Below the pieces are notes generated by a model that was not told where the DNA came from, ran no database searches, and saw nothing but the letters and a program-made list of their open reading frames with translations. From NCBI GenBank assembly GCA_963718615.1, contig OY970368.1, positions 160,001 through 224,000 of the forward strand: a stretch of 64,000 nucleotides of DNA, in the 5' to 3' direction. The stretch is from an uncultured cyanobacterium (GTDB taxonomy: Bacteria > Cyanobacteriota > Cyanobacteriia > PCC-9006 > JAAUQQ01). Both the position numbers and the translations under genes were made by a program. This document shows positions 31,188 to 40,013 of this stretch, in pieces; positions within the stretch are counted from its first letter, which is position 1; each line of letters opens with the position of its first letter.

Positions 31188-31636
31188 GGTGAGGACCTGC
31201 GAAGAAGTGATGAGAAAGCAGTTAGATGGAGCTGACTTATGAACCGAGGCTTTCGATTGAATGATTCAAATCTAATCAGCCTAATCGTCTGAATACATCA
31301 AGAATTAATTCCCAGCGGGAGTAGAAGCAACAGCCGAAATAGCAACGTTGCTAGCTGAGCTGCTAATGACTGCACTCATGCCACCGCCACCACCACCGCT
31401 GCCACCGCCAATCGGCCAAATCGGAGGCCAACCGCCCTGAGCGTTTTCTTGGTCTGCTTCCGAGAGCTCCGTCCACAGTTCAGCTTGGGGAGGCTCGGAA
31501 GATTGAGATTGCTGCTTTTTGTTCCAATTCATGGCGATAACTTACAAAGAAGTGATGAGAAGGAAGTTAGATGAAGCTGGTTTCTTGAACCAATACTTCC
31601 GGTTGGATGATTCAAATCTAACAAGCCTAATCGTCT
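31030..31636. repeat. diverged tandem duplication (~345 bp period) of precursor gene plus upstream region
   Basis: Shared blocks ggccaaatcggaggccaaccgccctgagcgttttcttggtc, gaagtgatgagaa, gatgattcaaatcta-like and gcctaatcgtct occur in both copies. Confidence 0.85.
31305..31532 (-). CDS. double-glycine leader precursor peptide B
   Basis: Leader ...ELWTELSEADQENAQGG; core WPPIWPIGGGSGGGGGGMSAVISSSASNVAISAVASTPAGN. Confidence 0.8.
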   Translation of the reverse strand: MNWNKKQQSQSSEPPQAELWTELSEADQENAQGGWPPIWPIGGGSGGGGGGMSAVISSSASNVAISAVASTPAGN

Positions 31637-31920
31637 TTTAGTTAAGGCTTTGAGCAAGATTTTCTTAGGAATTGAATGAATAGTTTTTGGTGAGTTCAAG
31701 GGAATTACGGCCTACTTGAGAAACTTATCTTTGAGAACTGCGTGATTTTGCAGAGCGATCGCAAACCTCAAGAACCTTTCACGATTCCTCAGCACATCGG
31801 CATTTACAGTTCTACTCATTCCGGCAAATTTTGCAGATCTACGAATCCGTATTTTCCTGAGTTATTCAGGTTTTTCAACGGTGAACAATAGGTTGAATCC
31901 GAAGATCTCCCCCCTGCTCT

Positions 31921-34080
31921 ATGCGCTATCCCGCGATTCTTCAACATTCCGAAGAGGACTGCGGTGCCGCTTGCCTCGCCTCGATCGCCCAGTACCACGG
32001 ACGCCGCCTCAGTATGAGCCGCCTCCGGGAAGCCGTAGGTACGGGCCAGACGGGAACCACACTGCTAGGGTTACGGCGCGGCGCAGAAACCATTGGCTTT
32101 AAAACCCATGCGGTCCAGGCCTCGGATCAACTCCTGGCCCAACTCGACCACGCCCCACTTCCTGCGGTTTTGCATTGGCGGGGCTGCCATTGGGTCGTGC
32201 TCTATGGCAAACAGGGAAAACGCTATGTCATCCATGATCCGTCCGTCGGGCTGCGGCGGGTCACCTTGGAGCAGCTAATGAAGGGGTGGCAGGACCGAAT
32301 CATGCTGCTGCTGGAGGTGGAAGAGGCGCGGTTTTATGCCCAGGCCAACGATCGCCCCCAAGGCAACCTAGCGAAACTGTTGCAGCGATCGCTCACCCAC
32401 CGCAGCCTTCTCCTCAAGGTCAGCCTACTCAACGCCTTTATCGGCATTCTCTCCCTCGGCCTACCGCTCCTCGTCCAGATTCTGACCGATGATGTGCTGG
32501 TACGAAAGGATCAGCACATGCTGACGACGGTGATGGCGGGCGTGGTAGTCCTGACGCTGGTGAGTCAGCTTTTAGATTTGATCCAGTCGATGCTGATCGC
32601 TCACTTTGCCCGTCGATTGGAGCTGGGTCTTTCCCTGGACTTTGTGCGGCAGTTGCTGCAATTGCCCCTGAGCTATTTCGATCGCCACCGCAGCGGGGAA
32701 GTCAGTAGTCGTCTTTTTGATGTACAACAGGTCAACCGGCTCGTGGCTAATGCCATTGTGAGTTTGCCCAGCCAGTTTTTTATTGCCCTGGTGTCGCTGA
32801 CGCTGATGGTGTTTTATAGCGCTAAGTTGACGGCGATCGCCCTAGTTCTCCTCGCCCTAACCATCCTGCCGGTAAAACTGTTCTGGCCCAAAGTCGCGGC
32901 GGCCAATCGCCAAGCCCTGCTGATGGATGCGGAAAACCAGGGCATGTTGGTGGAAACCTTTCGAGGGGCGCTGACGTTCAAATCCCTGGGAGCGGAGACC
33001 CAGCTTTGGGATGAATTGCAAAGCCGGTTTAGTGGCCAAGCCAACTTGGCCTACAACCGCAGCCGCTGGGCAATCTGGAATCGGACCTTGGGGCGATCGC
33101 TCTCCACCCTGGGCAATCTAGTCCTTCTCTGGCTGGGCAGCTCCGAAGTTTTGGCGGGCCAGATGACCGTGGGACAACTGCTGGCGTTCAATTCCATGGC
33201 CTACGCTACAGGCGGCTTTGTCAGCCAAATGCTCGGCTTCATGGATGACCTAGCCTACACCCAAGCCGCAGCCCAGCGCTTAGCGGAAGTCACCGAAGCC
33301 CGTCCAGAAATGGAAACGGATGACCAGCGCAATTGGGTGCGGTTGTCAGGGGACGGGGACATTGTCTGCGCAGACCTGAATTTCTTTCATGTGGGGCGAC
33401 GAGAATTACTCCGGGATCTCTCCCTGCGGATTCCGGGGGGAAAGGTAACCGCCTTGGTCGGCCCCTCCGGCTGCGGCAAAAGCAGCCTGGTCAAACTGCT
33501 CGCCGGACTCTACCCACCCACCTCGGGCCAAATTCGCTTTGGTCCCTATGGCCAAAAGGATCTGACGTTGCCCTGTTTGCGACAGCAGGTGGTGTTGGTG
33601 CCCCAAGATGCCCATCTTTGGCAGCGAACCATTGTGGAAAATTTCCGCATGGGTGCCCCCCATGTCAGTTTTGAGGAAATGGTTTGGGCCTGTCAGATCA
33701 CCGGAGCGGATGAGTTTATTCAGCGATTGCCCGATACCTATCAAACGGTGGTGGGAGAATTTGGGACTAATTTATCTGGGGGACAGAGACAGCGATTGGC
33801 GATCGCCCGCGCCCTCCTCTGCGATCCCCCCATCCTCATCCTCGACGAATCCACCAGTGCCCTTGATCCCACTTCAGAGGCAGAGATTCTCACCCGAGTC
33901 TTTCAGCTTCGTCAGGGTAAAACCACAATTCTAATCAGCCACCGGCCTTCGGTCATCCAGCGGGCGGACTGGATCATCCTGCTCGATCCCAGTCTGGCGA
34001 CCAACGGCCCCATCGAAGGCAGGCCCGAGGAGTTAAAAAACCGCCCAGGCCCCCACAGTAGCTTTTTGGCTGCTTACTAA
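31921..34080 (+). CDS. C39 peptidase-containing ABC transporter (PCAT)
   Basis: QHSEEDCGAACL (Cys), HWVV (His), IHDP (Asp); TM domain; GPSGCGKS, LSGGQRQR, ILDES. Confidence 0.95.
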   Translation: MRYPAILQHSEEDCGAACLASIAQYHGRRLSMSRLREAVGTGQTGTTLLGLRRGAETIGFKTHAVQASDQLLAQLDHAPLPAVLHWRGCHWVVLYGKQGKRYVIHDPSVGLRRVTLEQLMKGWQDRIMLLLEVEEARFYAQANDRPQGNLAKLLQRSLTHRSLLLKVSLLNAFIGILSLGLPLLVQILTDDVLVRKDQHMLTTVMAGVVVLTLVSQLLDLIQSMLIAHFARRLELGLSLDFVRQLLQLPLSYFDRHRSGEVSSRLFDVQQVNRLVANAIVSLPSQFFIALVSLTLMVFYSAKLTAIALVLLALTILPVKLFWPKVAAANRQALLMDAENQGMLVETFRGALTFKSLGAETQLWDELQSRFSGQANLAYNRSRWAIWNRTLGRSLSTLGNLVLLWLGSSEVLAGQMTVGQLLAFNSMAYATGGFVSQMLGFMDDLAYTQAAAQRLAEVTEARPEMETDDQRNWVRLSGDGDIVCADLNFFHVGRRELLRDLSLRIPGGKVTALVGPSGCGKSSLVKLLAGLYPPTSGQIRFGPYGQKDLTLPCLRQQVVLVPQDAHLWQRTIVENFRMGAPHVSFEEMVWACQITGADEFIQRLPDTYQTVVGEFGTNLSGGQRQRLAIARALLCDPPILILDESTSALDPTSEAEILTRVFQLRQGKTTILISHRPSVIQRADWIILLDPSLATNGPIEGRPEELKNRPGPHSSFLAAY

Positions 34081-34108
34081 ACCCCGCCCCATGGGCGGGT
34101 GCGAACCT

Positions 34109-35143
34109 TTACACATCCTCAGCAAAGACGTATTTGCGCAGTTCGCTGGGGTCGGGCTCAGGGCTTTCTAGGCCAAACTTCACCGCCTCTTCGACCAAAC
34201 CTTGGATTTTCTTGTCGATCGCCTTCAGCTCCTCCTGGGTGGCAAGATTGTGCTCCGACAAATAGGCCGCAAACCGCTTAATCGGGTCCTTCGCCAACCA
34301 AAACTCTTTTTCTTCCTTCGATCGCAACTCATCGGGATCCGCCAGGGAATGGCCCCGGAACCGATAGGTCAGCGCCTCGATCAGCGTCGGTCCTTCCCCA
34401 GCCCTGGCCCGCGCCACCGCTTCCTTGACCACCGCGCGCACAGCCAACACATCCATGCCATCGACCTCATACCCCGGCATCCCAAAAGCTTCCGCCTTCT
34501 TGTAAATCTGGGGCGAAGAGGTTGCCCGCTCGTGGGCCATGCCGATGGCCCACTTATTATTCTCCACCACGTAGAGAATCGGCAGCTTCCACAACGCCGC
34601 CATATTCAGGCATTCAAAGAACTGACCATTATTCGTCGTGCCATCGCCAAAAAAGGCAGCGGTCACCTGATCCGCCGAAGCATCGCCCATGACTTCCCGA
34701 CGATACTTGCTCTGGAACGCGGCCCCCGTGGCCACCGGAATCCCCTCGCCAATAAACGCAAACCCCCCCAACAGTCGGTGCTCCGCTGAAAACAGGTGCA
34801 TCGAACCGCCCCGGCCCTTACTGCATCCCGTCGCCTTGCCAAACAGCTCTGCCATCACCTCCCGCGCCGGAACCCCACAACTGAGGGCATGGACGTGATC
34901 CCGATAGGTACTACAGACATAATCTTCGCCGGGGCGCATCGTCTGAATCACCCCGGTGGAAACCGCCTCTTGGCCGTTGTAGAGGTGGACAAAGCCAAAC
35001 ATCTTGCCCCGGTAATACATCTCCGCGCATTTGTCCTCAAAGGTGCGGCCCAGGACCATGTCTTCATAGAGACGCAGTCCCTCTTCCTTCGAGACCTCAG
35101 CGGCGGACGCTTTAAAGGTGGGCAGTGGTCGTTCCTGAATCAT
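34109..35143 (-). CDS. pdhA: pyruvate dehydrogenase E1 alpha subunit
   Basis: [46 protein letters not shown]. Confidence 0.97.
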   Translation of the reverse strand: MIQERPLPTFKASAAEVSKEEGLRLYEDMVLGRTFEDKCAEMYYRGKMFGFVHLYNGQEAVSTGVIQTMRPGEDYVCSTYRDHVHALSCGVPAREVMAELFGKATGCSKGRGGSMHLFSAEHRLLGGFAFIGEGIPVATGAAFQSKYRREVMGDASADQVTAAFFGDGTTNNGQFFECLNMAALWKLPILYVVENNKWAIGMAHERATSSPQIYKKAEAFGMPGYEVDGMDVLAVRAVVKEAVARARAGEGPTLIEALTYRFRGHSLADPDELRSKEEKEFWLAKDPIKRFAAYLSEHNLATQEELKAIDKKIQGLVEEAVKFGLESPEPDPSELRKYVFAEDV

Positions 35144-35418
35144 GAAATTGTTGTCCTAATCCTCTACCAAACACTTACCAAACACCGACAGGATGTCGTG
35201 AGGGCCTAGGCCCTGACCGGTAATGGCCCTGAAACCTTAGATCGCGTAGTGTGAGGATTTAAGACTTCCACACTACAGCTTTCCCTTGATACTTTATACT
35301 CTTGGGTTATTATTTGGGTGATTTCGTCAATAGCTTGGAGGCAGAGAACCCTTACACCAAGCGTAGGGTCTGCAGCCATCATTGAAATGTCTTGATTGTT
35401 GCCTGGGGATGGTGAATT

Positions 35419-37638
35419 GTGCGCATTCCGCTCGACTATTATCGAATTTTAGGACTGCCGACACAAGCGACGCCGGATCAGGTGCAGCAGGCCCATGACG
35501 ATCGCGTTCTTCAGCAACCTCGGCGGGAATATTCGGAACCGGCGATCGCCGCCCGCCGAGAACTGCTCGATGAAGCCTACGAGGTTTTGTCGGATGCGGA
35601 GACCCGCAGCAAGTACGATACTCGCTTTTTGCAGCAAAGTGCCACGCTCCCTCGGGCGACTCAGCTCCGTCCTGGAGAAGGGCGGGATGCCCAAGACCCC
35701 CCCGCCCCCCAAACGCCCCACATCACCATCGAAGACGGCCAGCTCATTGGAGCGCTCCTGCTGCTGCAAGAGTTGGGGGAATACGAACAGGTTTTGAAGC
35801 TGGGCGCAGAGTATCTTGCTAAATCGAAATCCCGTGCGGTGGGTTCTACGGACCTAGATTTAATTTCAGCGGATATTGCCCTAACAGTGGCCCTCGCCGA
35901 CCTCGAACTGGGGCGGGAACAGTGGCAACAATCCCATTACGAAAGTGCCGCAGCCTCCCTGGAAGCCGGTCAAGATTTGCTCCTGCGGGAAGGGCTGTTT
36001 GCAGGGGTTCGCGGTGAAATTCGCAGCGATTTGTATCGCCTGCGCCCCTATCGGGTCCTAGAGCTTTTGGCCCATCCCCTCGAAAATTCGGCCCAGCGTC
36101 AAAAAGGACTCCAGATTCTGCGGGATATGCTCCAGGAGCGCCACGGCATTGATGGCCAAGGCGATGACCAATCGGGGCTAAGTGTCGATGACTTTTTGCG
36201 GTTTGTCCAGCAGTTGCGGGACTACCTCACCGTGGCAGAACAGCATGAGCTGTTTGAGACGGAGGCCCGTCGCCCTTCAGCGGTCGCTTCCTATTTGGCG
36301 GTGTATGCGTTGATGGCGCGGGGCTTTGCAGAGCACCAGCCTGCCCTGGTCCGTCGTGCCAAGATTTTGCTCAGCAGCCTCAGCCAGCGCCAGGATGTTC
36401 ACCTAGAGCAATCGGTTTGTGCGCTGATGCTGGGCCAAACGGAGGAAGCCAGCCGCACCCTCGAACTCAGCCAGGAATTTGAGCCACTGGCCTACATCCG
36501 TGAGCATTCCCAAGGGTCGCCGGACCTGTTGCCGGGGCTTTGTCTCTACGCAGAGCGGTGGCTAAAGGAAGAGGTTTTTCCGAATTTCCGGGATTTGAAA
36601 GACCGGGGGGCGACGCTAAAGGACTATTTTGCCGATCCCCAGGTGCAGACCTATCTGGAAAGCTTGCCGGCTGAGTTGCCCTCCGATGAATGGGTCCCTA
36701 TGTCGGACAAAAACGTGGCGATCGCCCCACGAGCCCATGGATTTGTCAATGAAGAGAGACCAACGGCAGCAACCCTAGGATCCCCCAACGGCTATCGCGC
36801 CGCCACGGCGACGCTAGATCCCCCAGCACCGCGCGATCGCCACCCTCGACGTCAGGCCACAACCCTGGCTGCTGGAGCGGCTGCCGGGGCGGGTATCGCC
36901 ACCTTTGGCAGTAGCACACCGGATCCAGGGGCCGAAGCCACGAACTCCGGCGGGCGGAGGCGGCGACCCCGGCGACGGCGGGGAGAGGGAGCTGTTGTGC
37001 CGGTTGGGCGATCGAGATCTGGGGGAGGACGACCTGGGCGATCGCTCAAACTCGGGCGACTCTTGCTCCTCATCGGCGGCGGGCTCTTGGCCCTCTGGCT
37101 TTGCTTTGCCCTCCTCAGCCAAGCTCTGGCCTGGGTGAGTACTTGGGGCAAGGACCAGTTAGAGGACAATCAACCTGCCATTTCCCTCAATGAACCCGTA
37201 CTGAGCCTCCCCCCAAGTGTCAAGAGCGTCAATTCACCAGACAAAATCAGCGCCGCAGGTGTCTTAACGGACCCCGTAGCCCAGCAGGTCTTAAACCTTT
37301 GGCTAGCCACCAAGGTCGAGGCCTTCGGCAAAGATCATGCCGTTGATAAGTTGGAGAATGTCCTGACCGGAGATGCCCTGACCTGGTGGAAAGGCGAAGG
37401 GGATTTGTCGGAGCAGGACGGCATCACCATCCAGTACGAGCACAAACTCCAGATCGATGGGGTTGAACCGGGTGCAACCGAGCAACAGGCAGAGGTGCTC
37501 GCCACGGTCACAGAAATCGCTAAGTACTACCAAGGGGACGAGGTGATTAACGTACGGGACGATCGCGATCTTAAGATGCGCTACAGCTTGGTGAATGAAG
37601 AGGGCAGTTGGAAAATCGAAAGCATGGCCACCCAGTAG
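35419..37638 (+). CDS. ftn2: cell division protein Ftn2/ZipN (ARC6 homolog)
   Basis: MRIPLDYYRILG J-like domain, DLLPGLCLYAERWL, TM helix and C-terminal IMS domain. Confidence 0.92.
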   Translation: MRIPLDYYRILGLPTQATPDQVQQAHDDRVLQQPRREYSEPAIAARRELLDEAYEVLSDAETRSKYDTRFLQQSATLPRATQLRPGEGRDAQDPPAPQTPHITIEDGQLIGALLLLQELGEYEQVLKLGAEYLAKSKSRAVGSTDLDLISADIALTVALADLELGREQWQQSHYESAAASLEAGQDLLLREGLFAGVRGEIRSDLYRLRPYRVLELLAHPLENSAQRQKGLQILRDMLQERHGIDGQGDDQSGLSVDDFLRFVQQLRDYLTVAEQHELFETEARRPSAVASYLAVYALMARGFAEHQPALVRRAKILLSSLSQRQDVHLEQSVCALMLGQTEEASRTLELSQEFEPLAYIREHSQGSPDLLPGLCLYAERWLKEEVFPNFRDLKDRGATLKDYFADPQVQTYLESLPAELPSDEWVPMSDKNVAIAPRAHGFVNEERPTAATLGSPNGYRAATATLDPPAPRDRHPRRQATTLAAGAAAGAGIATFGSSTPDPGAEATNSGGRRRRPRRRRGEGAVVPVGRSRSGGGRPGRSLKLGRLLLLIGGGLLALWLCFALLSQALAWVSTWGKDQLEDNQPAISLNEPVLSLPPSVKSVNSPDKISAAGVLTDPVAQQVLNLWLATKVEAFGKDHAVDKLENVLTGDALTWWKGEGDLSEQDGITIQYEHKLQIDGVEPGATEQQAEVLATVTEIAKYYQGDEVINVRDDRDLKMRYSLVNEEGSWKIESMATQ

Positions 37639-37772
37639 GGCTGAGGCAATCCCCCGGCCCCTGAGAACTCCTTCAAGAGTTGTAACAAAACCAGGGAACT
37701 GGGATTGACGTGATCCCGCACAATGGTAGGAAGCGCCAAGCAGCGGCTCTATTGTGTTAAGGAGAATTCGCC

Positions 37773-38990
37773 ATGCTTCCGTACCTGTTTGCCTTCGTTA
37801 TGGCCCTGGCCGGTCTGTCGCTTTTGATCGCATCGTTTCTTTTGCCAGGACTTTATCGGAAAAACGATTTGCTTTGGAGTGGCGTGGCTTTGTTCTATGC
37901 CTTGGTCCTGTGGTTTTGCGCCAAACGAATTACAGGCGCGGTGTTGTTGGGTCAAGGAGCCAGCGTTGCTCTGATCGGTTGGCTCGGATGGCAGGTCTTC
38001 CAGATTCGTTGGGGATTGCTGACGCCGGAACAGCAAGCGGGGATTTCCGATGGTCGGGCCATGAAGCAACGGGTCAGTCAGCTCAAGACGAGCAACTGGC
38101 AAGAGGTGCTGCAATCATCGGGTGCGGAGAAAGTCAAAGCTGTCGAGACCAATACAGCAGCAGAGCCTGGAACTACAGCAGGGCCTGGAACTACAGCAGA
38201 GCCTGGAACCACACCGATCGCCTCCGTAACGCGGTTTGTGACCCAAATCAAGGGCGTTTTCCAAGGGCGCAAGACCCATGGCAAAAAATATGTACGACCT
38301 GAGACACCGGTCGTCGTCCCAGAAACTACCTATGAAGAAGACTGGGATGCCCTAGAGGAACAAGCGGCAGAACAGGCAGCGGCACAGGCAGCGGTGGCTG
38401 TAGCAGAGCCAGTCATCCCTGAACCGGTCATCCCTGAACCGGTCATCCCTGAACCAGTTCCCCCTGAGCCGATCACCGCCGACACCCAAGAAGACCTAAC
38501 ACCTCAAAGTGAAGAATCGGGCGAGGAGGCTCAGGCGATTGAGGATGCAGATGCAGGAGATGAAGCTGCAAAAGCTGAACCAGTTACAGCCGACGCAGTT
38601 GCAGAAGCTGTAGAAACGCTAGAAGCTGAGGCCGAAGCTGAGATTGAAGCTGAAGCAGTTGAGACCGAAGCAGTTGAGACCGAAGCAGAAATCGAAGACG
38701 AAGCAATTGCAGCCGCAGAAGCCGAACTAGCAGAAGCCGAACTAGCAGAAGCTGAGGAAATTGCCACTGAAGCGTCAGTCGAAACCGCAACAGACCCTGA
38801 GGCAGAAGCGATCGCGGAACCTGAGATCGCGATCGCAGACCCCGACCCCAGCGAAACTCCCCCCGCAGAAGACGCCGATCCCTTCCCCGATTACGGTGCC
38901 TCTCAGGAATTTCCCGAAGAAGAAGATTCTCCCGGAGACGAATCCCCAGACGCCGTCGACTCCAGCGATGGGGATGCCGCCGAATCCTAG
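37773..38990 (+). CDS. Ycf66-family protein with long acidic tail
   Basis: N-terminal TM domain LYRKNDLLWSGVALFYALVLW...GAVLLGQ; E/A/P-rich repeats. Confidence 0.75.
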   Translation: MLPYLFAFVMALAGLSLLIASFLLPGLYRKNDLLWSGVALFYALVLWFCAKRITGAVLLGQGASVALIGWLGWQVFQIRWGLLTPEQQAGISDGRAMKQRVSQLKTSNWQEVLQSSGAEKVKAVETNTAAEPGTTAGPGTTAEPGTTPIASVTRFVTQIKGVFQGRKTHGKKYVRPETPVVVPETTYEEDWDALEEQAAEQAAAQAAVAVAEPVIPEPVIPEPVIPEPVPPEPITADTQEDLTPQSEESGEEAQAIEDADAGDEAAKAEPVTADAVAEAVETLEAEAEAEIEAEAVETEAVETEAEIEDEAIAAAEAELAEAELAEAEEIATEASVETATDPEAEAIAEPEIAIADPDPSETPPAEDADPFPDYGASQEFPEEEDSPGDESPDAVDSSDGDAAES

Positions 38991-39000
38991 GGCAATCTCC

Positions 39001-39552
39001 TTACTTTTCTTCAGCCTTCAGTGCCGCCAAGCCATCGCTCACAGGCTGAACCTTTCCATCCGCCACATTCGCAGCAGCGGCAGGCCATTGCATCGGGGTC
39101 ACCGCTGCTGCGGTGGTTTTGGCCCCACTACAGGCCCCCTGAATTAAATCTGGAAAAATCGGTTTGTGGGAATACACGACAATACCGCTGCCTCTACCCA
39201 CCCGAACCGCCGGTTGAACCAACTGAGTTTGTCCCGCTTTTCCTTGAATTTGCAGCGGAGTTTGGAGACCATCCCATTCCACCACAAGCTGATTCAGTCC
39301 ATCCCAGTTTCCCAGGGCGAGACAGAGAGGGTGAGCGTAGTCAGACGGCAAGGCCAGGATATAGCTATAGGCAGGCAGCGGTGCTAAGCAATCATGGGTA
39401 TTTTTCTGCTTAGGCGTACATTTCTCGGCCAAATCATCGAGGGATTGAGCCTGCATGCCTCCGGCATTCAAAACCAGATTAAACAGAGCCAGATTAAATA
39501 GGCTTATAGCTAGACCTGGAATAACTATTCCGAAATTAAAAAAATGCCGCAT
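39001..39552 (-). CDS. hypothetical secreted protein
   Basis: Signal-peptide-like N-terminus ending MQA-QS; four Cys; convergent on Ycf66. Confidence 0.45.
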   Translation of the reverse strand: MRHFFNFGIVIPGLAISLFNLALFNLVLNAGGMQAQSLDDLAEKCTPKQKNTHDCLAPLPAYSYILALPSDYAHPLCLALGNWDGLNQLVVEWDGLQTPLQIQGKAGQTQLVQPAVRVGRGSGIVVYSHKPIFPDLIQGACSGAKTTAAAVTPMQWPAAAANVADGKVQPVSDGLAALKAEEK

Positions 39553-40013
39553 AACGGTACAGAAAAATTACAACATCAAGCCGTATGAGGACGGTATTGC
39601 TATCGTTCCCGATTTTCATGATGATGAAAATAAAGCTATTTTATTGCTTGGAAACGAATTTTTATTGCAGGTTTATCAGAGAGTTAGTTGGGGCGATCGC
39701 AATGAAAAATCAACTAAACCAGCCTACAGAAACCTTCTAAAAATTTCCGCAGAAAAGCAAATTCTTCAATTTCGATCGCCCCAATTAATTCAGTCTTTAC
39801 AAACTGCTTGGGAAACCTGCCTAGAGCTTTATCCGTCTGAACCCTTCGCTTTATGCAGCTAGATACGGCAAAGACCTTGAAGCGAGTCCGGCTTCTGAAC
39901 GATAATGGACGAATATTTTGACAAGCGATCGGGCGTGCCGCCTTGTGCTCCCGCGCTGCTATGGTTGATTTTTCTCGTTAGCTTTTTATCCCCTTGTTTA
40001 TCCCTTGGATGCC

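Noticed and set aside
30975-31532. Lanthipeptide or rSAM-crosslinked RiPP assignment
   Set aside because: One Cys in core A, none in core B, and no modifying enzyme in the window. Modification in trans cannot be excluded.
30845-31640. CRISPR-like or DGR-like repeats around the peptide genes
   Set aside because: Only two long diverged units, with no regular repeat-spacer pattern and no cas or reverse transcriptase gene.
39455-39862. 135 aa plus-strand ORF
   Set aside because: Overlaps the opposite ORF head-to-head, is AT-rich and has no recognisable motif; probably spurious.
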